Shown piece after piece: positions 45,854 through 55,734 of a DNA stretch of 64,000 bases; the first letter of the stretch is position 1; each line of letters starts with the position of its first letter. Source of the DNA: an uncultured delta proteobacterium. Lineage in GTDB: Bacteria; Myxococcota; Myxococcia; Myxococcales; Myxococcaceae. The notes under the pieces were generated by a model. That model was not told the DNA's origin. It saw only the letters and a program-made list of their open reading frames with translations, and searched no databases. The position numbers and the translations under genes were made by a program. The stretch covers positions 25,864 through 89,863 of the forward strand of contig CAVYSY010000007.1 of NCBI GenBank assembly GCA_963771175.1, given 5' to 3'.

Positions 45854-46621
45854 TTGAAATCCCACCATCATCCTTCCCGTCCGAGCCGCCTCCTCACGGC
45901 CGGACTTCTCCTCGGGGCGCTCGTCGCCCTGCTTCAGCCGGCGGAGGCGTCCGCTGGTAACTCCGCCGGCAACGCGCGGCTGCTCGCCTCGGACGAGGCC
46001 GCCACCATCAAGCACCCCGTCCTCGGCCTGCAGCGCTCGGCACTGCCGCTGGGCCTGGGCTTCGCGGTGGACACCTCCGTCCTCGCGGACCTGGCGCTCA
46101 CGCCCAACCTGGGCCTGCGCTGGGCGCTGGAGGCGGGGCCCCACCGCTTCGTCGTCGGCGCGCGCTACGCGAAGTTCATGGGCTCCACGCTGGCCTCGGA
46201 CTACGTCACCGCCCAGCAGCCGCTGGTGAAGCGCTTCGACCTCGACTTCAGCGGACCCAGCGCCTACGCCCTCTACGGCTTGTCGCTCGGCCGGGTGCTG
46301 GTGCAGGCCGAGGTGCGCCACTCCCGCTACGCGAGCGTCACCACCACGGCCACGGGCGCCCTGGTGCTCAACTTCGCCGGCAACTGGTCCCTCGTGGGTG
46401 AGTTCGGGGTCCGGCTGCACCAGACCCAGAATCCGGACTCGGCGCAGCCGCCGGCGCAGGGCCTCCCCCTGCGCGGCGCGGCCGGCATCCGCTACGCCGG
46501 GGACAACTTCGGCTTCTCGCTCGGGGCCGCATACGTGGACCTGCACGAGCCCATGGTCCCCGTCAACGACGGCCGCCTCCCCATCCTCCCCGCCCTCGAC
46601 CTGTCCTGGACCTTCCGATGA
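45854..46621 (+). CDS. Secreted/outer-membrane hypothetical protein
   Basis: Signal peptide; beta-strand pattern; C-terminus LDLSWTFR. Confidence 0.65.
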   Translation: MKSHHHPSRPSRLLTAGLLLGALVALLQPAEASAGNSAGNARLLASDEAATIKHPVLGLQRSALPLGLGFAVDTSVLADLALTPNLGLRWALEAGPHRFVVGARYAKFMGSTLASDYVTAQQPLVKRFDLDFSGPSAYALYGLSLGRVLVQAEVRHSRYASVTTTATGALVLNFAGNWSLVGEFGVRLHQTQNPDSAQPPAQGLPLRGAAGIRYAGDNFGFSLGAAYVDLHEPMVPVNDGRLPILPALDLSWTFR

Positions 46622-47196
46622 AACGCCTTGTCCTCGCCCTTGTCTGCCCGCTCCTGCTCTCCGCGTGCTCCGCCGAGGTCGCCGTGGAGACGCCGCCCCA
46701 GACGCAGAAAGTCCCCATCACCTCGGTGGGCAAGCCCGCCTACGCCGAGGTGGCCGTCGACCTGCCCCCCGAGACGCAGGAGCTCGACGTCACCGTGAAG
46801 GAGATCAGCGCCACCCTCACGGTGCACAACCCCTCGGATGCGTTCGACCTGACGACGTCCGCGCGGCTGTCCCTCCAGGGCAACGCCACGCCGGGCACCC
46901 CCATCTTCTATACCGATCAGAACCTGCCCCCGTACTACGCCACCGCCGAGGTCCTGATGGCTCCGCGTGAATTCGCGCCGGCCTCGCGCACGCCGGTGAC
47001 CATCACCTCGCCCACGCTGGCGAAGGCCGTCGGCCAGAAGCGCATCTGGGTCATCGTCGCCAACACGGTGACCGGGTTGGGGGGCATCGGCCTCCCGACC
47101 GAGCTGGAGATCCAGCTCGAGAACATCGTCCTGCACGTCACCCTCACCAAGTCCTTCAATGGACTGGACGGCGCGCTGGGCGTGGGCGGGCTCTGA
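46618..47196 (+). CDS. Lipoprotein of unknown function
   Basis: MKRLVLALVCPLLLSAC lipobox; ATGA overlap with upstream gene. Confidence 0.75.
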   Translation: MKRLVLALVCPLLLSACSAEVAVETPPQTQKVPITSVGKPAYAEVAVDLPPETQELDVTVKEISATLTVHNPSDAFDLTTSARLSLQGNATPGTPIFYTDQNLPPYYATAEVLMAPREFAPASRTPVTITSPTLAKAVGQKRIWVIVANTVTGLGGIGLPTELEIQLENIVLHVTLTKSFNGLDGALGVGGL

Positions 47197-47340
47197 AGCA
47201 CTGAAGTGGGAGCCGGGCCCGAGACCCGCCCGGACCCGGCTCCACCGTCACATCAGGCGCTGCGGGCCACCCACCATCCGGCCCGCGCGAGGAAGAGTTC
47301 TAGCGCACCGGTCTGACACGTCCCGGACACCCGGAGCCCC

Positions 47341-47688
47341 ATGACCCCAGCCTCGACAAAGCGAAGCATGCTGCTCGACTACCTGATGAGGGTCCGCCGG
47401 GACACGCAAGCCGGACGATTGGGCATGCACATCGGCGAACCCAATGTGGATCGCTTTCAGGGACTCATCACGGGCTATCACATGTGCCAACTCGATCAGG
47501 GTGTGGATGATGTCGAGTACGGCCAGTTCCGCGAGTGGCTGCGCGAACAAGGTGAGTTCCCCCCGGAGGGATGGGAAGCGAAGTACCTACGGGACTGCGA
47601 TGGAGACCCCGAGCGGGCCATCCGCAAGTACCTCGATTTCGTCGCCGAGTTCCTGGCCAGGCATCGCGAGGAGCCAATGCAGAGCTGA
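47341..47688 (+). CDS. Hypothetical protein (orphan immunity-like)
   Basis: Acidic 115-aa ORF, L.GY..C......D..Y..F..WL......GW...YL...AI..LDF.AEF; codon usage less GC-biased. Confidence 0.6.
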   Translation: MTPASTKRSMLLDYLMRVRRDTQAGRLGMHIGEPNVDRFQGLITGYHMCQLDQGVDDVEYGQFREWLREQGEFPPEGWEAKYLRDCDGDPERAIRKYLDFVAEFLARHREEPMQS

Positions 47689-47697
47689 TACGCGGGC

Positions 47698-48375
47698 TCA
47701 TCGCGTCCGCGAGCGCGACGCGGTGCGCGGCCCGAGCGCGAGGGAGCGGTACACCTTGGACTCGGAGAAGGTGGGGATGTCCGTGGGGCGCTGGGCCCAC
47801 CAGTTCATCACCAGCGTCACGCGCAGCCGCGAGGTACCCGGCAGCTTCCCGTGGGGAATCTGGTTGTGGGCGTCCAGCACGCCGTGGGTGAGGTCCCCGC
47901 GGAAGTAGGCGAAGCGGTTGGGCCTCGGCATCGCGAGGTCGAAGTCGCTCGTGTTCGGGGCGAGTGACGGGTTGTCCTCGCAAGGCAGGGCCTTGGTCAC
48001 CGCGAGCGCCCCACCCCGGACGCTGTTCATGAATAGCAGGGAGGTGAAGCGCGGGTGCAGGAGCGGGCCTCCGCGCAGGGCGAGCTTCTCGTCCCGGTCC
48101 TGGTGGAAGTCCACCTGCACGTCCGTGGTGCGCATCCGCGAGAACCACCACTCCACGCCGACGATGCCCCGGCGCAGCGGCACGCGCGGGCGCAGCTCGA
48201 GGATGACCTGCTCCACGATGTTGGTGGGCTCGCCAAGGTCGAACCAGAAGGTCGTCTGGTACGTCTGGCGCAGGCGCTCGGTGCCCAGCGCGAGGACCTT
48301 GCGCCGCAGGCGGTTGAAGTCCGCGTCGGGCAGCGCGTGGTCGTGGATGTGGACGAGGGGGGCTCGGGGCGGCAT
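47698..48375 (-). CDS. Probable 2OG-Fe(II) oxygenase-fold protein
   Basis: FHQDRDE (HxD), distal HGVL, RVTLVMNWW. Confidence 0.65.
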   Translation of the reverse strand: MPPRAPLVHIHDHALPDADFNRLRRKVLALGTERLRQTYQTTFWFDLGEPTNIVEQVILELRPRVPLRRGIVGVEWWFSRMRTTDVQVDFHQDRDEKLALRGGPLLHPRFTSLLFMNSVRGGALAVTKALPCEDNPSLAPNTSDFDLAMPRPNRFAYFRGDLTHGVLDAHNQIPHGKLPGTSRLRVTLVMNWWAQRPTDIPTFSESKVYRSLALGPRTASRSRTR

Positions 48376-48495
48376 GGCGGGGCGCGACTCTACGCCAACC
48401 CGCCGGTCAGTAGGTCCAGAGACCGATGAGCAGGAGCGCGGAGAGCCCCAGCACGAGCCGGAGCTCCGGACGCTCCATCTGACTCATGCGCGCTC

Positions 48496-49782
48496 TCACT
48501 GGGACGAGACCGCGACCACGGGCTCGGCGTCCTCGGGCAGGGGCTCCCGGGCCGCGGCCGAATCCAGATGGTCCACCCGCCGCAGCTCGGGGAAGACCCA
48601 GGCCCAGAGCGCCACCACCGCCAGCGTCCCCACCGCGCCCGTCACCACCGCGGGCACCGCGCCCAGGTGCTCGGCGAACGCACCGGCGCGGAACTCGCCC
48701 AGCTCGTTGGAGGCACCCACGCACATCATGTTCACCGCGCCCACGCGGCCCCGCATGTCATCCGGCGTGGCCACCAGCTCCAGCGTGTGCCGCACCACCA
48801 CACTCACCATGTCCGCGGCCCCCGCCACCGCCAGGGCCATGATCGACAGCGGCAGCGAGTGGCTCACCCCGAAGACGAGCGTGGCCGCGCCGAAGATGGC
48901 GACCGAGGTGAACATCTTCCACCCCGCCCGACCGCCCAGGGGACGAACCGCGAGGAGGACAGCCACCACCGCCGCGCCCGCCGCCGGCGCGCTGCGCAGC
49001 AGACCCAGGCCCCAGGGTCCGGTGTGCAGCACGTCGCGCGCGTAGATGGGCAGCAGCGCCACCGCTCCGCCCAGCAGCACCGCGAACAGGTCCAGGGTGA
49101 TGCTGCCCAGCAGCAGGCGCTGCCGGCGCACGAAGCGCAACCCCGCGAGCACCGTGGAGAGGGAGAGCCGCTCACTGGAGGCGCGGCCCGTCCGCACCTT
49201 CAGGGAGAGGATCCACACCACGGTGAGCGCGCACAGCGAGGCCGAGCCGATGTAGGCCCCCGTGGCGCCCGCCCACCCGTAGAGGACGCCGCCCACGGCG
49301 GGGCCGGCGATGGTGGCCACCTGCCATGTGGTGGAGTTGATGGCCACGGCGCGCGTGAGCTCCTCGGGGGGCACCAGATGGGGCGTGATGGCGGAGCCCG
49401 CGGGCGAGTAGAAGGCCCGCGCGGTCCCGAAGAGCACCAGCACCCCGTACACGAAGCGCACGTCCTGGACGTGACCCAGGGAGAAGGAGAGCAGCAACAG
49501 GCTGCACAGCAGCATCACGGACTGGCACACCGCGAGGATGATGCGCCGGTCCACGCGGTCGGCCACCTGCCCACCGACGAGGCAGAAGGCAAGGAAGGGC
49601 AGGAACTGCGCCAGGCCCGTGTAGCCCAGGGCCAGGGCGCTGCCGGTCATCTCGTACACCTGCCAGCCGATGGCCACCGACTCGACCTGCACGGCGAGCA
49701 CCGCGCACAGCCGGGCGAGCTGGTAGATGCGGAAATCGCGGTGACGGAAGACGGAGGCAGCCGACACTTCGGAAGAGGCCAT
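48496..49782 (-). CDS. MFS transporter (EntS/MFS_3-like)
   Basis: FRHRDFR, GQVADRVDRR, LDLFAVLLGG..ALLP, PDDMRGRV, SNELGEF. Confidence 0.92.
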   Translation of the reverse strand: MASSEVSAASVFRHRDFRIYQLARLCAVLAVQVESVAIGWQVYEMTGSALALGYTGLAQFLPFLAFCLVGGQVADRVDRRIILAVCQSVMLLCSLLLLSFSLGHVQDVRFVYGVLVLFGTARAFYSPAGSAITPHLVPPEELTRAVAINSTTWQVATIAGPAVGGVLYGWAGATGAYIGSASLCALTVVWILSLKVRTGRASSERLSLSTVLAGLRFVRRQRLLLGSITLDLFAVLLGGAVALLPIYARDVLHTGPWGLGLLRSAPAAGAAVVAVLLAVRPLGGRAGWKMFTSVAIFGAATLVFGVSHSLPLSIMALAVAGAADMVSVVVRHTLELVATPDDMRGRVGAVNMMCVGASNELGEFRAGAFAEHLGAVPAVVTGAVGTLAVVALWAWVFPELRRVDHLDSAAAREPLPEDAEPVVAVSSQ

Positions 49783-49924
49783 ACGGGAGGGTGGCTCTAA
49801 CGCAAGCCTCTGGCTCCCGCCAGCCACGGTGCGAGCGAGCAGGCGGGGGGAACAACAGGTACGCTCATGGACGCGGCGAGCGCTCCAAAAGAGCCCATGT
49901 TGTGCCAAGAGGAGCGGTGCGTGG

Positions 49925-50037
49925 TTCCGCTCGTCACCGGTGACGAGTGAAACCCACTGGGGCCATTCCGCTTGTCACCGGTGACAAGTGAAACCCTCCG
50001 ACCCCATTCCGCTTGTCACCGGTGACAAGTGAAACCC
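49925..50037. repeat. Tandem array of three 31-bp palindrome-containing repeats, 41-bp period
   Basis: TTCCGCTYGTCACCGGTGACRAGTGAAACCC at 49925, 49966 and 50007, separated by 10-nt linkers. Confidence 0.92.
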
Positions 50038-50102
50038 TCCGAAGCAGCACCGCCACTGCACTCTTGTGCCCCGCGCAGCAGGAGTGCCCCAAAACGGGTC
50101 AC

Positions 50103-50486
50103 TCAGGCCTCCCGCTGGAGCGCGGCCACCATGAGGCTCAGCGTCCGAAGCTGGGACGCCTTCAGCTTGCGCACCGAGCGCATCAGCCGCCGGACCTGCG
50201 CTCCATCCCGCTCGGGGGGAGGCGTGAGTGCCCACTGAGGAGGTGATTCGGAGGCGAACCCGAGCAGGTGATCCGCCGGAATCCGGAGCGTCAGGCACAG
50301 GCGCCACAAGGACGGGACACTGGGAAGCATCAGCCCTCGCTCCAGTCGCCCATAGACCTCGGGGGCCATGCCGATGCGCTCGGCCACATCCACCTGGGTC
50401 AGACCCGCCTGGACTCGCGCCGCCCGGGCCACCGCCCCCAGTTTCTTCGACAGCCGACGCCGCACGGCGGCCTGCGTCGAGTCCAA
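50103..50486 (-). CDS. XRE-family helix-turn-helix regulator
   Basis: AR..AGLTQVDVAERIG..PEVYGRLERG.MLPSV.SL..LC..L.I.AD.LLG. Confidence 0.9.
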   Translation of the reverse strand: MDSTQAAVRRRLSKKLGAVARAARVQAGLTQVDVAERIGMAPEVYGRLERGLMLPSVPSLWRLCLTLRIPADHLLGFASESPPQWALTPPPERDGAQVRRLMRSVRKLKASQLRTLSLMVAALQREA

Positions 50487-50522
50487 TCCACGAGCGCTAT
50501 ACCCACATCCAATCCCTGGCGC

Positions 50523-50921
50523 CTACTGCGAATCGGGAGGACTCATTTTGTCCAGTTCCTCCGGAAGAGGCATCGGACGGAACCTCAACCCTTTCGCATC
50601 CCGCCCTAGAATCACGCGAAATCCCTCGCCAGCGATCTTCACGAGCTCACCCTCGTTGGCCTTTCCACTGGCGAGCCATTCGTCTGCCTCCTCTCTCGTC
50701 ACGAATGCATGAGAAGGGACGATGTATTCAGCGGCGGGCGTATAGAACTTCTGGAAGAATTCGCGATACTCGTCCAGCTTCTGGATTTCACGGACATAAA
50801 ACAGCGCCACCGCGGCGACTCGGATTGCCTCATCCTCTGGCGATCCTTCCTGGTACTTCTCGTCCACGGCGCGCAGGACTTCGAGAACGGAGTCAACATC
50901 GAACTCTTTATTGTATACCAT
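50523..50921 (-). CDS. Low-GC hypothetical protein (orphan immunity-like)
   Basis: Acidic 132-aa ORF, noticeably AT-richer than flanks; F.TREEA..WL motif. Confidence 0.65.
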   Translation of the reverse strand: MVYNKEFDVDSVLEVLRAVDEKYQEGSPEDEAIRVAAVALFYVREIQKLDEYREFFQKFYTPAAEYIVPSHAFVTREEADEWLASGKANEGELVKIAGEGFRVILGRDAKGLRFRPMPLPEELDKMSPPDSQ

Positions 50922-50952
50922 TATCGATCCGGGACTCTCACAGCAGTCATTG

Positions 50953-52956
50953 TCAGACCTGAGACATCACTGCCCTGCCATCAGCGTGATTCCGGCGCCT
51001 TGGACGAAGGCATAGCAAAGCCAGCACCGCGAGGCTCACCAGCGACACCATCAGCCCCGCGCGGAAGGAGCCCGGGCGGTAGTGCAGTTCCACCCGACGC
51101 TCATTGCCGTGCAGGGGGATGGCGCGCAGGCCCTCGGCCTCGAGCAGCGGCACCGGCGCTCCGTCCGCCTCCGCCTCCCATCCGGGGAACCACGCATCCC
51201 GCACGACGAGCCGCTCGCCCCCACGCGGGAGCACGAAGGCGAGCCGTGAGGGCAGGTCCACCGCGGGCTCCAGCTCCAGCCGCTCGCCTCCCGACTCCAG
51301 CACCGCGCGCCCCTTCCGGCCCAGCCGCAGCGCGAGGTAGCTCCGATTCTGGAACAAAACCTCGCCCGGGTACGCCGCGCGCTTCGCCTCGTCGTCGATG
51401 ACCACCACCGAGGCCCCGAGGTGCTCCGCCGCCCGCTCCGGCGCGTCGCGCACGAGCTGCTTCACATACGCGGGCGCTGGCACCACGAAGCCCTCCAGCG
51501 CATCGAAGCCCCCGGCCATGTTGGCGTTGGGCACGCCCACCTCGCACGCGTCCGCCCGGTGCGCGACGTCCACGCGCATCCAGTCGATGTCGTAGGCCAC
51601 GCGCCCCTCGGGGCGGAACTCCAGCGAGGGCCGGCACGGCGCCGCTCCGCTCAGGCTCCACAGCGTCCCCACGCCCTGCTGGAAGACGGCGCACTCGATG
51701 ACCATCACCGCCGCCACCATCCACGCACGCCGGCTGGGAACCGCACCGCGCGCGGCCAGCAGCGCGCCCCCCGCCATCCCCACCCAGGCCACGCTCACCG
51801 CCCAGTGCGCCCCCGCGCCCGCCACCGCGAGGACACACGCCCCGAGCAGCGCCACCACGGCGAACACCGCGCCCGAGCGCCGCGAGTGGGGCCGGGGCCC
51901 TCGCTCCCACGCGGTGAACCCGTAGGCCACCGCCAGCGCCAGCAGCACCGGCAGCGCCGAGAGGAACTTGATGGGGAAGCGGAAGAGGCTGGCGCCGGGC
52001 ACCCACGCGTACAGCCAGGTGAAGAGCCGCCCCGAGTCCCCCAGCGCCAGCAGGACGAGCACCCCGCACAGCACGGCGAGCCGCTTGCGCCGCCACAGCC
52101 CCCAGGCCGCGAGCACCAGGAGGCTCGCGCCCACGAAGAGCACCGACTGGAAGGTCTGCACGCCGGAGCGGTCCGCGCCGAAGCGGACGAAGGGCAGCGC
52201 GAGGTCCACCACCTCCCGCGGGGACAGGGCGAACTGCGAGGCATCGCCCGCGCCAAGCCCCCCGCTCCGGTCCGAGCGCACGAGCAGCTCGAGGAACGGA
52301 ATCCACGTGACGGCCGAGAGCCCGGCCCCGAGCGCCACGGCCCCCAGCGTCCACCGCGTGCGCTTCCACAGGCTCCACGCGAGCCCCGCCAGCGCGAGCA
52401 GCGTCAGCTCCGGAGAACCCGCGAGCACGCTGCACGCCACCTGCACGCCGAGCAGCGCCATGCCGCCCCGGGTGGGACGGCGCGCCAGGAGCCGCCCCGA
52501 GCCCCACACCCACGGCACCCAGCTCAGCCCGCACAGCATGTTGGGGTGGGCATAGTGCTCGACGGCGAGCGGACTGAGACCCGCGGCGAGCCCGGCCAGC
52601 ACGGCGGCGCGACGGCTCGCTCCCGAGTACCTCGCCAGCCGCCACGTCCCGAGCGCCAGCCACACCAGGTGCGCGAAGAGGAAGGGGCCCAGGACGCGCT
52701 CGGGGGGTGCCAGCAGGAAGAGGAGGCTCGGCGGGTAGAGCACCTGCGTCTGCAACTCGGCGAGGAACGGGTGGCCGGCGAGCAGGTGCGGGTTCCACAG
52801 CGGCAGCGCGCCTTGCAGCAACTGCTCGCGCAGGAAGGCGGCATTGGGCAGGAAGAGGAAGAGGATGTCCGGCGACACCGGCTGGCGCACGAGCATCACC
52901 CCGTGGCTGAGGAGCACGGCGAGTATCAGGACGATCCACGGCAGCTTCCGGTGCAC
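50953..52956 (-). CDS. YfhO-like polytopic membrane protein (GT-C-like)
   Basis: LPLWNPHLLAGHPFLA...LYPP; many TMs; D.WFPGW.A..DG; L.YRP.SF..G. Confidence 0.8.
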   Translation of the reverse strand: MHRKLPWIVLILAVLLSHGVMLVRQPVSPDILFLFLPNAAFLREQLLQGALPLWNPHLLAGHPFLAELQTQVLYPPSLLFLLAPPERVLGPFLFAHLVWLALGTWRLARYSGASRRAAVLAGLAAGLSPLAVEHYAHPNMLCGLSWVPWVWGSGRLLARRPTRGGMALLGVQVACSVLAGSPELTLLALAGLAWSLWKRTRWTLGAVALGAGLSAVTWIPFLELLVRSDRSGGLGAGDASQFALSPREVVDLALPFVRFGADRSGVQTFQSVLFVGASLLVLAAWGLWRRKRLAVLCGVLVLLALGDSGRLFTWLYAWVPGASLFRFPIKFLSALPVLLALAVAYGFTAWERGPRPHSRRSGAVFAVVALLGACVLAVAGAGAHWAVSVAWVGMAGGALLAARGAVPSRRAWMVAAVMVIECAVFQQGVGTLWSLSGAAPCRPSLEFRPEGRVAYDIDWMRVDVAHRADACEVGVPNANMAGGFDALEGFVVPAPAYVKQLVRDAPERAAEHLGASVVVIDDEAKRAAYPGEVLFQNRSYLALRLGRKGRAVLESGGERLELEPAVDLPSRLAFVLPRGGERLVVRDAWFPGWEAEADGAPVPLLEAEGLRAIPLHGNERRVELHYRPGSFRAGLMVSLVSLAVLALLCLRPRRRNHADGRAVMSQV

Positions 52957-53158
52957 TTCGCCTCCAGGCCCGCATACCTACCCGCCGGAGAGGGGCCTGA
53001 ACAGGGCCCCGAGGGTGCCCTCCGCTCTCCGGCGGCCTGCTCGCTACCCAACAGCCCCCCGCGGCGGGGCCCGAGCCGTCACCCGGTGGACGCCAGCCCC
53101 GCGACCCCCTCACGAGAAGCCGAGCGTCGGCTCGCACTCTGGGTAGAGTCGGGCCCCT

Positions 53159-55711
53159 ATGGCGCACCCGACCGACGACAAGAACTTCCGACTCCCCCTC
53201 TCCATCCGTCCCCGGCGGTACGCGGCGACGCTGACGCTCGACCTGGAGGGCAAGAGCTTCACGGGACAACAGACCATCGAGCTGGACCTCGAGAAGCCCT
53301 CGAACGAGCTCATCCTGCACGCCATCGCGTTGCAGCTCGGCGAGGTGACCTTCCGGGGCGGCAACGGCAAGAGCCTGAAGCCCACCGAGCTGCGCGCGGT
53401 GCCGGCGAGCGAGACGGTGGTGCTGCGCTTCGGCGAGCAGCTCCCCGCGGGCGCGGGAGCGCTGGACGTGGCGTGGACGGGCCGCTTCACCGAGGGCCTG
53501 CGGGGCATGTACCTGGCGGGCAAGGTAGCGGCCACGCAGTTCGAGGCGGCGGACGCGCGGCGGCTCTTCCCGTGCTTCGACGAGCCGGCCTTCAAGGCGC
53601 GCTGGGCGCTCACGGTGCGGGTGCCGCCGGGGATGACGACGCTGGCCAACGGGGCGCTGGTGAAGGACGAGCCGGACGGCGACCTGCGCAAGCTGACCTT
53701 CCAGGAGACGGAGGTGCTCAGCTCGTACCTGGTGGCGCTGGTGTGCGGCCCGCTGGTGGGCACGCCCGAGGAGAAGGTGCAGGGGATTCCGGTGCGCACG
53801 TGGGCGCTGCCGGAGAAGCAGCACCTGACGCGCTTCGGGCAGGACGCGGCGCTGGCGGCGCTGCCCCGGCTGCAGGAGTACTTCGGGCTGCCCTACGCCT
53901 TCGGCAAGGTGGACCAGGTGGGCATCCCCGACTTCGAGGCCGGCGCGATGGAGAACGCGGGCCTCATCACCTACCGGGAGATCGCCCTGCTGTTGGACCC
54001 GACCACGGCGCCGCTGTCGGTGCAGAAGCGGGTGGCCGAGGTGGTGACGCACGAGCTGGCGCACCAGTGGTTCGGCAACTGGGTGACGATGGTGTGGTGG
54101 GACGACCTCTGGCTGAACGAGGCCTTCGCCACGTGGATGGCGTACAAGATTGTCGACGCCTGGAAGCCGGACTGGCGCGTGTGGCTGGACTTCGACGCGG
54201 GCAAGGCGGCGGCGATGCAACTGGACGCGCTGCGCTCCACGCACCCCATCCACGGCGAGGTGCGCAACGCCAGCGAGGCGGGCGAGAGCTTCGACCTCAT
54301 CACCTACGAGAAGGGTGGCGCGGTGCTGCGCATGATTGAAGGCTTCCTCGGCGAGGAGGCCTTCCGCGAGGGCATGCGCCAGTACATGCGCACGCATGCG
54401 CGCTCCAACGCGGTGGCGGACGACCTGTGGAAGGCGCTGGCCAATGCCTCGTCGCAGCCGGTGCTGGAGCTGGCCAAGGCGTGGATTGGCCAGAACGGCT
54501 ACCCGCTGGTGTCGGTGGCGGTGGACGGGCGGACGGTGACGCTGTCGCAGCGGCGCTTCTACTCGGAGCCGGGCGTGCGCGGCGAGGAGCGCTGGCCGGT
54601 GCCGGTGGTGCTGCGGTACTCGGACGCGGGCGGGGTGCACGAGCAGCGCGTGCTGCTGCGCGAGGCCCAGACGCAGGTGACGCTGGAGGGCTCGGGCGAG
54701 GTGCGGTGGCTGTGCGCCAACGCGGGCTCCACGGGCTTCTACAGGGTGGCGTACGACGCCAAGGCACTGGAGCGGCTGTCGGCGAACCTCCAGACGCTGG
54801 CCCCCTCGGAGCGCATCTCGCTGCTGGCGGACCAGTGGGCGCTGGTGCGCAGCGGACAGGAGTCGGTGGCGTCCTTCCTCGAGCTCGCGGGCCGATTCGG
54901 CGACGAGGAGGACGACACGGTGCTCGACGAGCTGGTGTCGCGGCTGGCCTACGTGGAGGGCCGGCTGGTGGAGGGCGCGGAGCAGGAGCGCTTCCGCCGG
55001 TGGGTGGAGGAGCTGCTGGGGTCGGGGCTGAAGAAGCTCGGCTGGGACTCGGCGCCGGGGGAGTCGGACCGGGTGAAGCTGCGGCGCGCGGCGCTGGTGC
55101 GCGCGGTGGGTGGAGTGGCGCGCAGCCCCGAGGCGCTGGCGGAGGCCCGGCCCCGGGTGGAGCGGGTGCTGGCCGGGGAAAAGAACGCGCTGGAGCCGAA
55201 CCTGCTGGACGCGGCGGTGGGCATGGTGGCGCGAGCGGGAGACCGGTCGCTCTACGAGAAGCTGCTGGAGAAGATGTTGGTGGAGCCGGATCCGGCGACG
55301 CAGCGGCGCTACCTGATGGCGCTGACGGCCTTCGAGAACCCGGCGCTGGCGGACGCCGCGCAGAAGCTCTTCTTCACGGACAAGGTGAAGATGCAGGACG
55401 TGGCGAGCTTCGTGACGGGCCTGATGGGCAACCGGACGGGCCGGGACGCGTGGTGGGCGGAGATGCAGAAGCGCTGGAAGGACGTGCTGGCGAGGACGGG
55501 CGGGGCGCCGATGCTGCTGCGCCGGGTCGTGGAGTCCATGGGCGGGCTGCGCGAGCGCAAGCAGCTCGACGAGGCCCGGAAGCTGTTGGCGGCGCACCCC
55601 GTGGAGGAGGCGAAGCAGGCCACCGAGCAGACGCTGGAGCGGGTGTCGCAGGACGTGGCGCTGCGCGAGCGCGCCATGCCCGAGGTGAGTGCCTGGCAGA
55701 AGCGCAAATAG
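53159..55711 (+). CDS. M1 family zinc aminopeptidase with ERAP1-like C-terminal domain
   Basis: TQFEAADARR.FPCFDEP, GAMEN, HELAH..WLNEAFA, ITYEKG. Confidence 0.96.
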   Translation: MAHPTDDKNFRLPLSIRPRRYAATLTLDLEGKSFTGQQTIELDLEKPSNELILHAIALQLGEVTFRGGNGKSLKPTELRAVPASETVVLRFGEQLPAGAGALDVAWTGRFTEGLRGMYLAGKVAATQFEAADARRLFPCFDEPAFKARWALTVRVPPGMTTLANGALVKDEPDGDLRKLTFQETEVLSSYLVALVCGPLVGTPEEKVQGIPVRTWALPEKQHLTRFGQDAALAALPRLQEYFGLPYAFGKVDQVGIPDFEAGAMENAGLITYREIALLLDPTTAPLSVQKRVAEVVTHELAHQWFGNWVTMVWWDDLWLNEAFATWMAYKIVDAWKPDWRVWLDFDAGKAAAMQLDALRSTHPIHGEVRNASEAGESFDLITYEKGGAVLRMIEGFLGEEAFREGMRQYMRTHARSNAVADDLWKALANASSQPVLELAKAWIGQNGYPLVSVAVDGRTVTLSQRRFYSEPGVRGEERWPVPVVLRYSDAGGVHEQRVLLREAQTQVTLEGSGEVRWLCANAGSTGFYRVAYDAKALERLSANLQTLAPSERISLLADQWALVRSGQESVASFLELAGRFGDEEDDTVLDELVSRLAYVEGRLVEGAEQERFRRWVEELLGSGLKKLGWDSAPGESDRVKLRRAALVRAVGGVARSPEALAEARPRVERVLAGEKNALEPNLLDAAVGMVARAGDRSLYEKLLEKMLVEPDPATQRRYLMALTAFENPALADAAQKLFFTDKVKMQDVASFVTGLMGNRTGRDAWWAEMQKRWKDVLARTGGAPMLLRRVVESMGGLRERKQLDEARKLLAAHPVEEAKQATEQTLERVSQDVALRERAMPEVSAWQKRK

Positions 55712-55734
55712 CCCACGCAGTACGCTCTTCACCC

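Noticed and set aside
49925-50037. CRISPR array
   Set aside because: Linkers are only 10 nt and partly similar, there are just three units, and no cas genes are in the window; kept as a non-CRISPR repeat
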